Below are positions 9,341-18,550 of a stretch of DNA of 64,000 nt, piece by piece. The notes under the pieces were generated by a model. The model saw nothing but the letters and a program-made list of their open reading frames with translations. It was not told the origin of the DNA and ran no database searches. A program made the position numbers and the translations under genes. Every line of letters starts with the position of its first letter. The stretch's first letter is position 1. The stretch is from Lentimicrobiaceae bacterium. Lineage in GTDB: Bacteria > Bacteroidota > Bacteroidia > Bacteroidales > JAGNHN01. The stretch lies in the NCBI GenBank assembly GCA_018001695.1, contig JAGNHN010000001.1, positions 8,226-72,225 on the forward strand. Direction: 5' to 3'.

Positions 9341-11602
9341 CTAAACAGCGGTACCTGCTTCCATACCAATGCGTTCAATGCGCTGCATTCCCTGAATCTT
9401 GCGTAAATGGGCGATGGTATCCTCAAGCTGTTGGGTTCCGGTGACCATAAACATGATGGTGGCATCACAGACCTCGCCAGTGCTGCTGAGATTGAAAGTC
9501 TTGATATTGAGCCCATACTGTCCCGTGATCACGGCAGCGATCTCGCTGATCAGCCCTGGCCTGTCGATGCTCCTCAGTTTCACCCCTGATAAAAACACAT
9601 CAGCATTGTTGCTCATCCAGTTCGTCTTGACGATCCTGTCACCGAAACGGGACATGAGCCTGACGGCTTCAGGACAATTGCTGCGATGCAAACGGGTCGG
9701 CTCACTGGGTGAGATGAATCCGACGATCTCATCCCCGGGAATCGGAAGGCAGCAAGGGGAGACATCAAAAGAGGAACTGGCTTTACTTCCTTCAATCAAA
9801 AAGTCGCCCTTGTTCTTTTTGATTGTGTCTTCTACTTCTTCTGTCAGGCTTTTACCGGGCTTACTCTGTCTGGTAAAGGGGCGGCTGATCTTCCTGAACC
9901 AGTTGTTTTTTTCCGGATTTCCGAAATACTCCCTGACTTCTTTCATTCCCAGAAGATCATGGGCAAAGTCGAAATACAGGTCGATCAGGTTCGTCCGTCC
10001 GGTATACCGTTGTATTTGAATGATGACCGGACGTGAAGGTTCGATACTAAGCTGGGCCAGGATGCGCTCAAGCTTATCTTTACCTGCATCAAAATACACC
10101 TGACGATCGTCTTTCAGTGCTGATTTGATATATGAGATGGCTTTGGCTGTGCGGACGAATTTCAGCCACTCTGCTTTGGGTTTTTGCTTGCGCGAGGTGA
10201 TGATCTCCACCTGATCTCCGGTCCTGAGGACATGGCTCAACGGAACCAGTTTCAGGTTCACCTTGGCAGCTATGGCGGTATTTCCAATCTCAGAATGGAT
10301 ATGATAGGCAAAATCAAGAGCGGTAGATCCACCGGGTATGGTTTTCATATCCCCCTTAGGGGTGAATATAAAAATCTCATCATGAAACAGATTGAGCTTG
10401 AAATCACTCAGGAAATCCAGCGCATCCTCCTCCGTATTCCCTTCCAGCAGCTCCCTGACCCGGGCCAGCCAGTCATCCAGCCCGCTCTCACTACCGTTGT
10501 CCTTGTATTTCCAATGGGCAGCATATCCTTTTTCAGCGATCTCATCCATACGGCGGGTCCGGATCTGCACCTCCACCCATTTTCCGGTATGGCTCATCAG
10601 TGTAGCATGCAGGGCTTCGTATCCATTGGATTTCGGAAAGGCGATCCAGTCACGAAGCCGGTCCAGGTTGGGCCTGTAGAAATCCGTAATGATGGAATAC
10701 ACACGCCAGCAATCGGTTTTCTCCTTTGCAAGCGGGGATTCTATGATGATGCGTATGGCAAAGAGATCATATACCTCCTCGAAGGGGATCTCCTTTTTGC
10801 GCATTTTATGCCAGATACTATAAATGGATTTGGTTCTGCCAAAGATCTCATAAGGAATACCCTGATCGGTAAGTGCCCGGCGGATCGGATGGATGAACTC
10901 TTCTATAAAGGCATTCCTTTCCTCTTCAGATTCCTTCAGCTTCTGAGAAACAGTACGATATATCTCAGGCTCCATATACTTCAGGGCCAGATCCTCCAGT
11001 TCACTTTTGATGCTGAACAAGCCCAGCCGGTGGGCCAGGGGTGCATAGAGATAGGTGGTCTCGGAAGCAATCTTAAGCTGCTTGGCCGGCGACATGGCAT
11101 CCAGGGTGCGCATATTGTGCAGGCGGTCTGCAAGCTTGATTAGGATCACGCGGACATCATCCGACAAGGTCAGCAGCATCTTCTTATAGTTCTCTGCCTG
11201 TGCCGATTCAGATGTGAAATCGAAGATGCCCTTGATCTTGGTCAGGCCATCAATGATCTTTGCCACCTTCTCACCGAACAAATCCTCAATATCAGCCAGG
11301 GTGTAATCAGTATCTTCGACCACATCGTGCAGGAGTGCACAAATGATCGAAGTGGTACCCAGACCGATCTCCGAGGCGACGATATGTGCTACCTCCAGCG
11401 GATGGTAAATGTAAGGCTCCCCACTTTTACGCCGCATATCCTTATGCGCTTCCACAGCCAGGTTCAGGGCTTTGCGTACAAGCTGCTGCTCCTTCTTATC
11501 CTTGGGAAACCGCCAGGCACGCAGCAGCAGGGCATATCGCTTCAGAATGGCGATGCGTTCCTCCCTGAGATCAAACTGTTTGTGGAGCCCCGACTCTGGC
11601 AT
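9341..11602 (-). CDS. relA: Bifunctional (p)ppGpp synthetase/hydrolase (RelA/SpoT homolog)
   Basis: 753 aa. It has an HD hydrolase motif (LLHDVVEDT), a synthetase region (DLFAIRIII...GYEALHATL), then TGS- and ACT-like C-terminal regions. Confidence 0.95.
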   Translation of the reverse strand: MPESGLHKQFDLREERIAILKRYALLLRAWRFPKDKKEQQLVRKALNLAVEAHKDMRRKSGEPYIYHPLEVAHIVASEIGLGTTSIICALLHDVVEDTDYTLADIEDLFGEKVAKIIDGLTKIKGIFDFTSESAQAENYKKMLLTLSDDVRVILIKLADRLHNMRTLDAMSPAKQLKIASETTYLYAPLAHRLGLFSIKSELEDLALKYMEPEIYRTVSQKLKESEEERNAFIEEFIHPIRRALTDQGIPYEIFGRTKSIYSIWHKMRKKEIPFEEVYDLFAIRIIIESPLAKEKTDCWRVYSIITDFYRPNLDRLRDWIAFPKSNGYEALHATLMSHTGKWVEVQIRTRRMDEIAEKGYAAHWKYKDNGSESGLDDWLARVRELLEGNTEEDALDFLSDFKLNLFHDEIFIFTPKGDMKTIPGGSTALDFAYHIHSEIGNTAIAAKVNLKLVPLSHVLRTGDQVEIITSRKQKPKAEWLKFVRTAKAISYIKSALKDDRQVYFDAGKDKLERILAQLSIEPSRPVIIQIQRYTGRTNLIDLYFDFAHDLLGMKEVREYFGNPEKNNWFRKISRPFTRQSKPGKSLTEEVEDTIKKNKGDFLIEGSKASSSFDVSPCCLPIPGDEIVGFISPSEPTRLHRSNCPEAVRLMSRFGDRIVKTNWMSNNADVFLSGVKLRSIDRPGLISEIAAVITGQYGLNIKTFNLSSTGEVCDATIMFMVTGTQQLEDTIAHLRKIQGMQRIERIGMEAGTAV

Positions 11603-11624
11603 TTTTTTATACTTACTGACACAA

Positions 11625-11632
11625 CAAAGTTA
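11625..11632 (-). promoter_or_regulatory. Bacteroidota -7 box (TAACTTTG) upstream of relA/spoT
   Basis: Exact TAnnTTTG match, 22 nt upstream of the ATG. Confidence 0.45.
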
Positions 11633-11709
11633 GGTGTTTCAACCTTATCTCCCTGAGATTGTTTCATGCGGACACCTATGCGTTTTATTAGCCAGCTATA
11701 CCTGCTTCC

Positions 11710-14325
11710 ATGATGAATGCTTACCTTTGGAAGATGAATTGGTTTCTGTCAGGCATTACGAAGTTCCTGATCAGCAGTATCTTCTTGTTGATGCTGCCAG
11801 GACTGGCATTCGGGACCCATCAGCGTGCCGGTGAAATCACCTACCGGCACCTCTTTGGATTGACCTACGAAGTCACTATCCTTACCTATACTTTCTCTCC
11901 CAGTCCGGCTGACCGGCCTGAACTGGTCATCAATTGGGGAGACGGACTGACCAACATCCTACCCCGCTCCCAGTTTGTTGACTTACCAAACGATATCCGC
12001 CGTAATGTTTATGTAGGACAGCACACCTACAATGGACCTGGGGCCTATATGCTCTCGATGGAGGATCCCAACCGCAACTACGGCGTCATCAATATCCCGA
12101 ATTCTGTCAATGTTCCCTTGTATATCGAAACCCTGCTGATCATCAACCCATTTTTAGGACCGAACAATTCAGCAGTTCTGACCCTTCCACCGATCGATAA
12201 CGGTTGTGCCAACCTGCCTTATCTCCACAACCCGGGTGCTTATGATCCCGATGGAGACAGCCTGAGCTACAGGCTGGTAACCTGCCGTGGTACGGGTGGA
12301 CTGCCCATACCGGGTTATACCTATCCCCCTGCCACCAACAGCTTCAGCCTCGATTCAGTGACCGGAGACCTCCTTTGGGATAGTCCCCCCATGCAAGGGG
12401 AATATAATGTGGCCATTCTGATCGAGGAATGGCGCAACGGTATCAAGATTGGCGCTATCGTCCGGGATATGCAGATCATCATCGTAGCCTGTAACCAGGA
12501 TCCGCCCGTGATCGCGCCGCTCATAGATACCTGCGTTGAGGCCGGCACCATGCTCACCTTCACCGTAACAGCCACGGATGTCAACAACGACCTGATCCAG
12601 CTTATTGGCACCGGTGCCCCCATGAACCTCGCCAACAGCCCGGCTTACTTCGATACCATTACGGGTGTTGGAAGCGTCTCACAGCAATTCAGCTGGCAGA
12701 CCATCTGCCCACATGTCCGCAAATCACCTTATCTGGTTTATTTCAAGGCGACAGATAACGGCAGCCCGGTCAACCTTGTTGATATTGCCAATGTTCGCAT
12801 CCAGGTGATCTCCCCGGGCCCGAAAAACCTCATCGCTACACCGCTGGGCAACCGCATCACCCTCAACTGGGATCCTACACCCTGCAACCAGGCCACCGGG
12901 TATGATATTTACCGTAGGACCAATTCTTTCGGATTCATCCCGGGTCATTGTGAAACCGGGGTTCCCGCTTATACAGGTTACCAGAAAATTGCTTCCGTCA
13001 GTGGATGGAGCACGAACCAGTATGAGGATGACGGTCAAAACGGGGCCCTGGTGCACGGACAGGTATACTGCTATATGGTTGTCGCCACTTTTTCCGATGG
13101 TGCTGAAAGCTACGCATCCAATGAAGCCTGTGCCACACTGAAAAGAGATGTGCCCATCATCACCCACGTCAGTGTTCTGAACACCTCCACCACAACCGGC
13201 CGGATCAAGATAGCCTGGGATCCGCCTACGGAATTGGATTTTTTACAGACTCCAGGGCCTTTCCGGTACAGGATTATGCGGGGAATCGGAGCCAACCTGA
13301 CCGCCATCGATTCCCTTGATCAGTTGACGGACACTCTGTACATAGACACATTGCTGAACACCCTCGGTATGGCCTACCGGTATCAGATTGACTTTATAAA
13401 TCTTACACCGGGAAATGTCTTCCAGATAGGCAGCTCCAGCCAGGCCTCCTCTGTTTACGTGCAGGCAGCTCCCACTGATCAACGTATACAGCTATCCTGG
13501 ACAGCCCAGGTTCCCTGGAGCAATCAACGATACGACATTTACAGATGGAACCTGCTCACACTGGTGTTTGACTCCATCGCCTCGACAACAGGTAGTCAAT
13601 ACACAGATACGCTGTTGACCAACGGACAGGAGTATTGTTACAAAGTTTTGGCGACTGGTAGCTATTCGCGGCCTGACATCACCAGCCCGCTTTTAAACTG
13701 GAGCCAGGAAACCTGTGCCACACCCCTCGACAACGAACCACCTTGCGCACCCTATCTGGAAGTAACCACTAATTGTGAAATACCGGCCAATGTGCTGACA
13801 TGGAATGCCTTCTTACCTGGTTGCCCGGAAGATATTGCTTCCTATGAGCTATTCTATGCGCCACGCCAGGATCAGGATCCTGTTCTCATCAGCCGTATTG
13901 ATAACCCTGGTATAGAAACATTCACACATACCGGCGCTGCCACCATTGCAGGATGTTACCTGGTTGTGGCTATAGACTCCCTTGGCAATCGAAGCCTTTA
14001 TAGCAATAAGGTCTGCATTGATATCGACGCATGTGAACGCTATCGCCTGCCCAATGTCTTTACCCCCAATGGGGATGGGTTGAATGACCTCTTCGTGCCT
14101 TTTCCGTATAGTTCTGTTGAAAAGGTAGATATGATTATTTATAACCGCTGGGGTTCAATCGTTTATAAGACTGAAAATCCTGATATTGAATGGAATGGTA
14201 ACATGATGGGAAGCGGTCAGGCATGTAGCGATGGTGTCTATTATTATGTTTGTGAAGTGTTTGAGATCACGCTGAATGGACCGGCAAGACGTTCACTGCA
14301 AGGCGTGATTCATCTGATGAGATAA
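11710..14325 (+). CDS. T9SS type-B (gliding-motility-associated) C-terminal sorting domain protein
   Basis: 871 aa. The N-terminus has a signal peptide plus GTHQRAGEITYRH. The C-terminus RYRLPNVFTPNGDGLNDLFVP...YNRWG is the type-B CTD signature. Confidence 0.8.
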   Translation: MMNAYLWKMNWFLSGITKFLISSIFLLMLPGLAFGTHQRAGEITYRHLFGLTYEVTILTYTFSPSPADRPELVINWGDGLTNILPRSQFVDLPNDIRRNVYVGQHTYNGPGAYMLSMEDPNRNYGVINIPNSVNVPLYIETLLIINPFLGPNNSAVLTLPPIDNGCANLPYLHNPGAYDPDGDSLSYRLVTCRGTGGLPIPGYTYPPATNSFSLDSVTGDLLWDSPPMQGEYNVAILIEEWRNGIKIGAIVRDMQIIIVACNQDPPVIAPLIDTCVEAGTMLTFTVTATDVNNDLIQLIGTGAPMNLANSPAYFDTITGVGSVSQQFSWQTICPHVRKSPYLVYFKATDNGSPVNLVDIANVRIQVISPGPKNLIATPLGNRITLNWDPTPCNQATGYDIYRRTNSFGFIPGHCETGVPAYTGYQKIASVSGWSTNQYEDDGQNGALVHGQVYCYMVVATFSDGAESYASNEACATLKRDVPIITHVSVLNTSTTTGRIKIAWDPPTELDFLQTPGPFRYRIMRGIGANLTAIDSLDQLTDTLYIDTLLNTLGMAYRYQIDFINLTPGNVFQIGSSSQASSVYVQAAPTDQRIQLSWTAQVPWSNQRYDIYRWNLLTLVFDSIASTTGSQYTDTLLTNGQEYCYKVLATGSYSRPDITSPLLNWSQETCATPLDNEPPCAPYLEVTTNCEIPANVLTWNAFLPGCPEDIASYELFYAPRQDQDPVLISRIDNPGIETFTHTGAATIAGCYLVVAIDSLGNRSLYSNKVCIDIDACERYRLPNVFTPNGDGLNDLFVPFPYSSVEKVDMIIYNRWGSIVYKTENPDIEWNGNMMGSGQACSDGVYYYVCEVFEITLNGPARRSLQGVIHLMR

Positions 14326-14338
14326 AAAAACAAGCGAT

Positions 14339-14950
14339 ATGTTCACAGGAATTGTTGAAGGCATGGCCAGGGTAGCCGCCATAGAAAGAGACAGGGGAAA
14401 TATTCACTTTACCCTCGAAACACCACTTGCAAAGGAAATGAAAGTGGACCAGAGCATGGCACATGACGGTACCTGCCTGACTGTTGTGAAAGTCATGCCC
14501 GAGTCGAACCAGTACGTTGTGACTGCCGTTCAGGAAACGCTGGACAAGACCAATCTGGGCACATGGGAGGTTGGTTATGAGGTGAATCTGGAGCGCAGCA
14601 TGAAGATGGACGGGCGATTCGATGGTCACATAGTGCAGGGTCATGTGGATCAGACCGCTGTTTGTCGCAGCGTGGAAGAGACCGGTGGCAGCTGGCGATA
14701 TGTCTTTGAATATGATCCCAGCCGTGGCAATATCACAGTGGAAAAAGGATCCATCTCTGTCAACGGGGTCAGCCTGACTGTAGTTGATTCAGGTGATGAC
14801 TTCTTCTCGGTGGCCATCATCCCGTTCACCTATGAGGTGACCAATTTTAAGAATATGCGTCAGGGCACGGTGGTAAACATCGAGTTTGATGTCTTTGGTA
14901 AGTATGTTGCCAGACTGCTGAAAGAATACCTGAAAGACCGTCCTGTCTGA
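14339..14950 (+). CDS. ribE: Riboflavin synthase alpha chain
   Basis: 203 aa. Starts MFTGIVEG, with the duplicated lumazine-binding halves (second half ...DGHIVQGHVD...). Confidence 0.95.
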   Translation: MFTGIVEGMARVAAIERDRGNIHFTLETPLAKEMKVDQSMAHDGTCLTVVKVMPESNQYVVTAVQETLDKTNLGTWEVGYEVNLERSMKMDGRFDGHIVQGHVDQTAVCRSVEETGGSWRYVFEYDPSRGNITVEKGSISVNGVSLTVVDSGDDFFSVAIIPFTYEVTNFKNMRQGTVVNIEFDVFGKYVARLLKEYLKDRPV

Positions 14951-14968
14951 TCAAGGAAATTACTTACC

Positions 14969-15778
14969 CTATTGAAGTCCAAGGGCTGAGGCGATGATTT
15001 CGGCAATGTCAAGGTTGCGGGTCTCTTCTTCCTTATTGTGATACTTGAGCCCATCCGTGATCATGGTCATACAGAAAGGGCAGGCCGTGGCAATGATGCC
15101 TGCACCTGTCTCCAGGGCTTCCTGGGTCCGCTCGTTGTTGACCTCACTCATACCTGGCTCGCTTTCCTTGAACATCTGTGCCCCCCCGGCACCACAACAC
15201 AGTGCTTTGCTGCGATTTCGCGGCATCTCTGCTCGTCTTGCTGTGATGGTATCGATCAGGCTTCGCGGTGCCTCATATTCCCCATTAGCTCTGCCCAGGT
15301 AGCAGGGATCATGGAAGACAATGGAAGCATTCCGGAACACATCAGCGTCGATTTGCAACTTGCCTTCGTCCATCAACAGCCTCAGAAACTGTGTATGATG
15401 GATCACTTCATAATGGCCGCCCAGCTCCGGGTATTCATTGCGGAAGGTATTGAAGCAATGCGGACAAATGGTGATGATTTTCCTGACCTGGTACCTGGAA
15501 AAGGTATCGATATTGGTCATGGCCTGCATCTGAAAGAGCATCTCATTACCTGCTCTTCTGGCGGGATCTCCGGTACAGGTCTCCTCTGGGCCAAGTACGG
15601 CGAAATCCACGCCGCAGTGGGCCAGGATTCTCGCGAAAGCGCGTGTCACTTTCTTGTAACGCTCATCGAAAGCACCTGCACATCCAACCCAGAACAGCCA
15701 CTCAGGTTGCCTTCCGGCAGCAGCCATATCCGCCATGACAGGGATATCCACCAGCGTCGTTTTCCTGATCTCTTCCAT
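14969..15778 (-). CDS. CCG-domain (HdrD/GlpC/LutA-like) Fe-S oxidoreductase subunit
   Basis: 269 aa with cysteine-rich CCG-type motifs (CPHC...HDPCYLGR...CCGAGG...CPFC). It lies 6 nt downstream of the membrane Fe-S partner. Confidence 0.8.
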   Translation of the reverse strand: MEEIRKTTLVDIPVMADMAAAGRQPEWLFWVGCAGAFDERYKKVTRAFARILAHCGVDFAVLGPEETCTGDPARRAGNEMLFQMQAMTNIDTFSRYQVRKIITICPHCFNTFRNEYPELGGHYEVIHHTQFLRLLMDEGKLQIDADVFRNASIVFHDPCYLGRANGEYEAPRSLIDTITARRAEMPRNRSKALCCGAGGAQMFKESEPGMSEVNNERTQEALETGAGIIATACPFCMTMITDGLKYHNKEEETRNLDIAEIIASALGLQ

Positions 15779-15784
15779 GTGAAT

Positions 15785-17137
15785 CTAGTTAAGGTTCATG
15801 CTTAATCCTTCAGCCCATTTCAGCCGGTCCTGTGGTGAAAACTGCCAGGGGGCCCCATTATTCTCGATATTCGTGAACATCATATTCAGTCCGGAGGGCG
15901 CTGCCGCTTCTTCCATCACCAGGTATCGCCGCATATCTACGATCAGGGTGGGATGATTGATATTCAGGGGGCATTCTTGCGCACAGGCATTGCAGGTGGT
16001 GCATGCCCAGAGCTCTTCAGGCGTTATGTAGTCACCCAGCAGCGACTTCCCATCCGTATAGGCTTTGCCTTCTTTCAGCAAACCAGGCCCCTTTTCTTTC
16101 ATTCTTGCCCTGAGATCGACAAAAATCTTTCGGGGCGAGAGCTTCTTCCCTGTGATATTGGCCGGGCAAACGGCTGTGCAGCGGCCACATTCGGTGCATG
16201 TCAGTGCATCCGCATAGTTCTTCCAGTTGACGTCTTCTGCATCCTTAACGCCAAAGCGCCCGGGTTCTCCTTCGAGAACCGGTACGAGGGCATCCGGATT
16301 CAGCATCAGTCTGACCTCATGCATCACAGCCTCCATATTAGGGAGATGTCCCAACGGTTCCAGGCGACTGAGGAAGACGTTGGGTATCGACATGAACACA
16401 TGAAAATGTTTTGAATAAGGAAGGATATTTGCAAAGAGAAAGATGAGCAGAATATGCGCCCACCATCCTGTTTCGTGTAAGACATGCAGGAAATGAGGAT
16501 TCCCATTCTCAACCAGGGGCAACAACAATGCACTCAGAGGATATGTTCCAACCGCATAACCTTCGGTCACAGCCAGATAGCCGACGTTCATCACGATCAG
16601 TGAGATCATCAGAAAAGAGATGATGAGCAAGGCAAATGTGGCATCTACCTTGGATATCTTCTTCATTTCTATCCCGTAAAACCTGCGGATTCTCAGAAAG
16701 AGACGGCGGACAAGGAATACCAGGACACTGAAGAGCACAACAAAGGCAAACACATCTCCACTGGCTGAGATCAGCGTATAAAACCAACCGAGGTGCCCCA
16801 GGATCCGCTCCGATCCGGTAAGCCCATCGATGACCATCTCAACACTTCCGATGGTGATCACCAGGAATCCCCAAAACACAAGGGCATGCAGGATACCCGC
16901 CACAGGCAGGCGGAATATCTTCTGCTGACCCAATGCCACCTTTAGCGTAAGTGATAACCTCTGTCCAAGGTTACGGACAGGAAATGCAGGCCTGGTCAAC
17001 CTGAAAAAGAGCATGATGCGCCGGGCTGACCAGAAGAACACCCCAAGGGTGATCAACAGCACGATCAGGAATACAACAGACTTTGTCTCCATGCCGGGAT
17101 GGTTGAATATGAATGGATGAAGATATGAAAATATCAA
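15785..17137 (-). CDS. Integral-membrane 2x[4Fe-4S] ferredoxin-domain protein (DsrMK/HdrD-like N-terminal part)
   Basis: 450 aa. The N-terminal part has about 5-6 hydrophobic helices with conserved His (HALVFWGF, HFHVF). The C-terminal part has two cluster motifs, CTECGRCTAVCP and CTTCNACAQECP. Confidence 0.8.
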   Translation of the reverse strand: MIFSYLHPFIFNHPGMETKSVVFLIVLLITLGVFFWSARRIMLFFRLTRPAFPVRNLGQRLSLTLKVALGQQKIFRLPVAGILHALVFWGFLVITIGSVEMVIDGLTGSERILGHLGWFYTLISASGDVFAFVVLFSVLVFLVRRLFLRIRRFYGIEMKKISKVDATFALLIISFLMISLIVMNVGYLAVTEGYAVGTYPLSALLLPLVENGNPHFLHVLHETGWWAHILLIFLFANILPYSKHFHVFMSIPNVFLSRLEPLGHLPNMEAVMHEVRLMLNPDALVPVLEGEPGRFGVKDAEDVNWKNYADALTCTECGRCTAVCPANITGKKLSPRKIFVDLRARMKEKGPGLLKEGKAYTDGKSLLGDYITPEELWACTTCNACAQECPLNINHPTLIVDMRRYLVMEEAAAPSGLNMMFTNIENNGAPWQFSPQDRLKWAEGLSMNLN

Positions 17138-17172
17138 AAGAATCCTTTACCGAAGTAAAAATCAAGGATATC

Positions 17173-18381
17173 TTAAATCTTCAGCAATTTCGAGGCAAAT
17201 TGTGAAACACCATCACTGAAGCGTAGGACATACAGGCCATTGCATAGGTGTTTAAGGTCAATTTCCTGCTCTTCGGGCCCATTTCTGAACCAAAGCTCAT
17301 CAATGTAAAGCCGTTTTCCTGTAATATCCAGAACCTCAATTTCTAACCATTGCTGGGAGGAGGGTGTATAGCTAATATGCAGGATACCATCACGGATCGG
17401 ACTTGGGTAGTGTGAAACGCGTGAAGAAAGCCCGTACTCAGGAAGTCCGGCGGTGCTGTACCCTCCGTTCAGGGTCTTTAGAACAGTTCCCATACTCCCA
17501 ACGACATAACCGATGTTGTTATTGACAAACCAGGCATCCTTGAGGAAGTCGAGGGTACCCGACTGCTGCTGCTGGAAGGATATTCCACCATCAACAGTAC
17601 GGACGATATTACCGGTAGAGCTGACGATCCAGCCCAATCCGGGTGATACGAAGAAGCAGCCTGGGTAAGTAGTAAAAGGACCCAGGTTCCGCGGTGACCA
17701 GGAATTGCCCCCACTGGTTGTTTTTAGCAGCTTATCACTATAGGTGGCATACCCTGTAAGTGAGTCGGCGAAAAACAGGCTAAGTATGGCCTCGGTGGTG
17801 CCGCTGGTTTGAGGCGTCCAGGTTGTACCGCCATCCGTGGTATTGAGGATGGTGCCACCCAATCCTGCAACCCAACCCCTTTGCGTTGAGGTGAAGTGAA
17901 TATCGGTTAATTTGACCGTTGTGCCGGTATTCAAAGGGAACCAGTTCGTTCCCCCATTATAGGTATAGATGATCGTACCATTGTCGCCACAGGCAAAACC
18001 AAGCTCGGTATTCACAAAGAAGACCTTATTAAGATGATTGGTTGTGCCCGTCGTCATATTTGTCCATGTAGTGCCCCCGTTGGAGGTTTTAAACAGCCTG
18101 CCGCTGTTTCCACAGGTATATCCGACCTGATTATTCAGGAAATAGACACTTTGGAGGAGTGTTGGGGCTGGCGCCGTCTGGGTTGTCCAGGATGTACCAC
18201 CATTAGACGTGTGCAGAATCCTACTGGTACCACCTACAACCCAACCGGTATTGGCATCCACAAAGCAGACACTGTTCAGATTTTCGTTGGTGGGCACTGT
18301 GAGTTTGAACCAGCCTTCCTGGGCCTGGCTGATGAACATGCCTAAGGAGAGGATCATAACAAGGGTAAGTCTTCTTTTCAT
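17173..18381 (-). CDS. BNR/Ycf48-like beta-propeller protein with T9SS type-A C-terminal domain
   Basis: It has seven or more repeats of T(S/T)(N/D)GGT(S/T)W(T). The signal peptide is MKRRLTLVMILSLGMFISQAQ and the C-terminus is ...LYVLRFSDGVSQFASKLLKI. The start is ambiguous (18381, 18387 or 18438); I chose the ATG that gives a canonical signal peptide. Confidence 0.72.
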   Translation of the reverse strand: MKRRLTLVMILSLGMFISQAQEGWFKLTVPTNENLNSVCFVDANTGWVVGGTSRILHTSNGGTSWTTQTAPAPTLLQSVYFLNNQVGYTCGNSGRLFKTSNGGTTWTNMTTGTTNHLNKVFFVNTELGFACGDNGTIIYTYNGGTNWFPLNTGTTVKLTDIHFTSTQRGWVAGLGGTILNTTDGGTTWTPQTSGTTEAILSLFFADSLTGYATYSDKLLKTTSGGNSWSPRNLGPFTTYPGCFFVSPGLGWIVSSTGNIVRTVDGGISFQQQQSGTLDFLKDAWFVNNNIGYVVGSMGTVLKTLNGGYSTAGLPEYGLSSRVSHYPSPIRDGILHISYTPSSQQWLEIEVLDITGKRLYIDELWFRNGPEEQEIDLKHLCNGLYVLRFSDGVSQFASKLLKI

Positions 18382-18490
18382 ATTCATGCAGATTAGTTGT
18401 ATGTACATCCATTTTGCCTGCCAGATTGACGTCTTCATGGAGATCTCTCATCCCTGATACAGACGATGGCAAATCAGCCTTAAATGTATA

Positions 18491-18529
18491 AAAAAACCCT
18501 CACGCCATGCAAGGATATGAGGGTTTTTT
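18491..18529. terminator. Bidirectional rho-independent terminator-like hairpin
   Basis: In aaaaaaCCCTCAcgccatgcaaggataTGAGGGtttttt, the stem is flanked by an A-run and a T-run. It sits 22 nt downstream of the carboxyltransferase stop codon (minus strand). Confidence 0.7.
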
Positions 18530-18550
18530 GAATATTAATACAAAATTGAA

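Noticed and set aside
10184-11143. 319-aa plus-strand ORF.
   Set aside because: It is antisense to relA/spoT, which has unambiguous HD and synthetase motifs. It has no family resemblance.
15038-15805. 255-aa plus-strand ORF.
   Set aside because: It is antisense to the CCG-domain Fe-S gene and is a shadow ORF. The same applies to 23838-24593 (antisense to typA), 44106-44846 (antisense to ALDH), 52363-53103 (antisense to ABC-F), 45002-45625 and 49433-50017.
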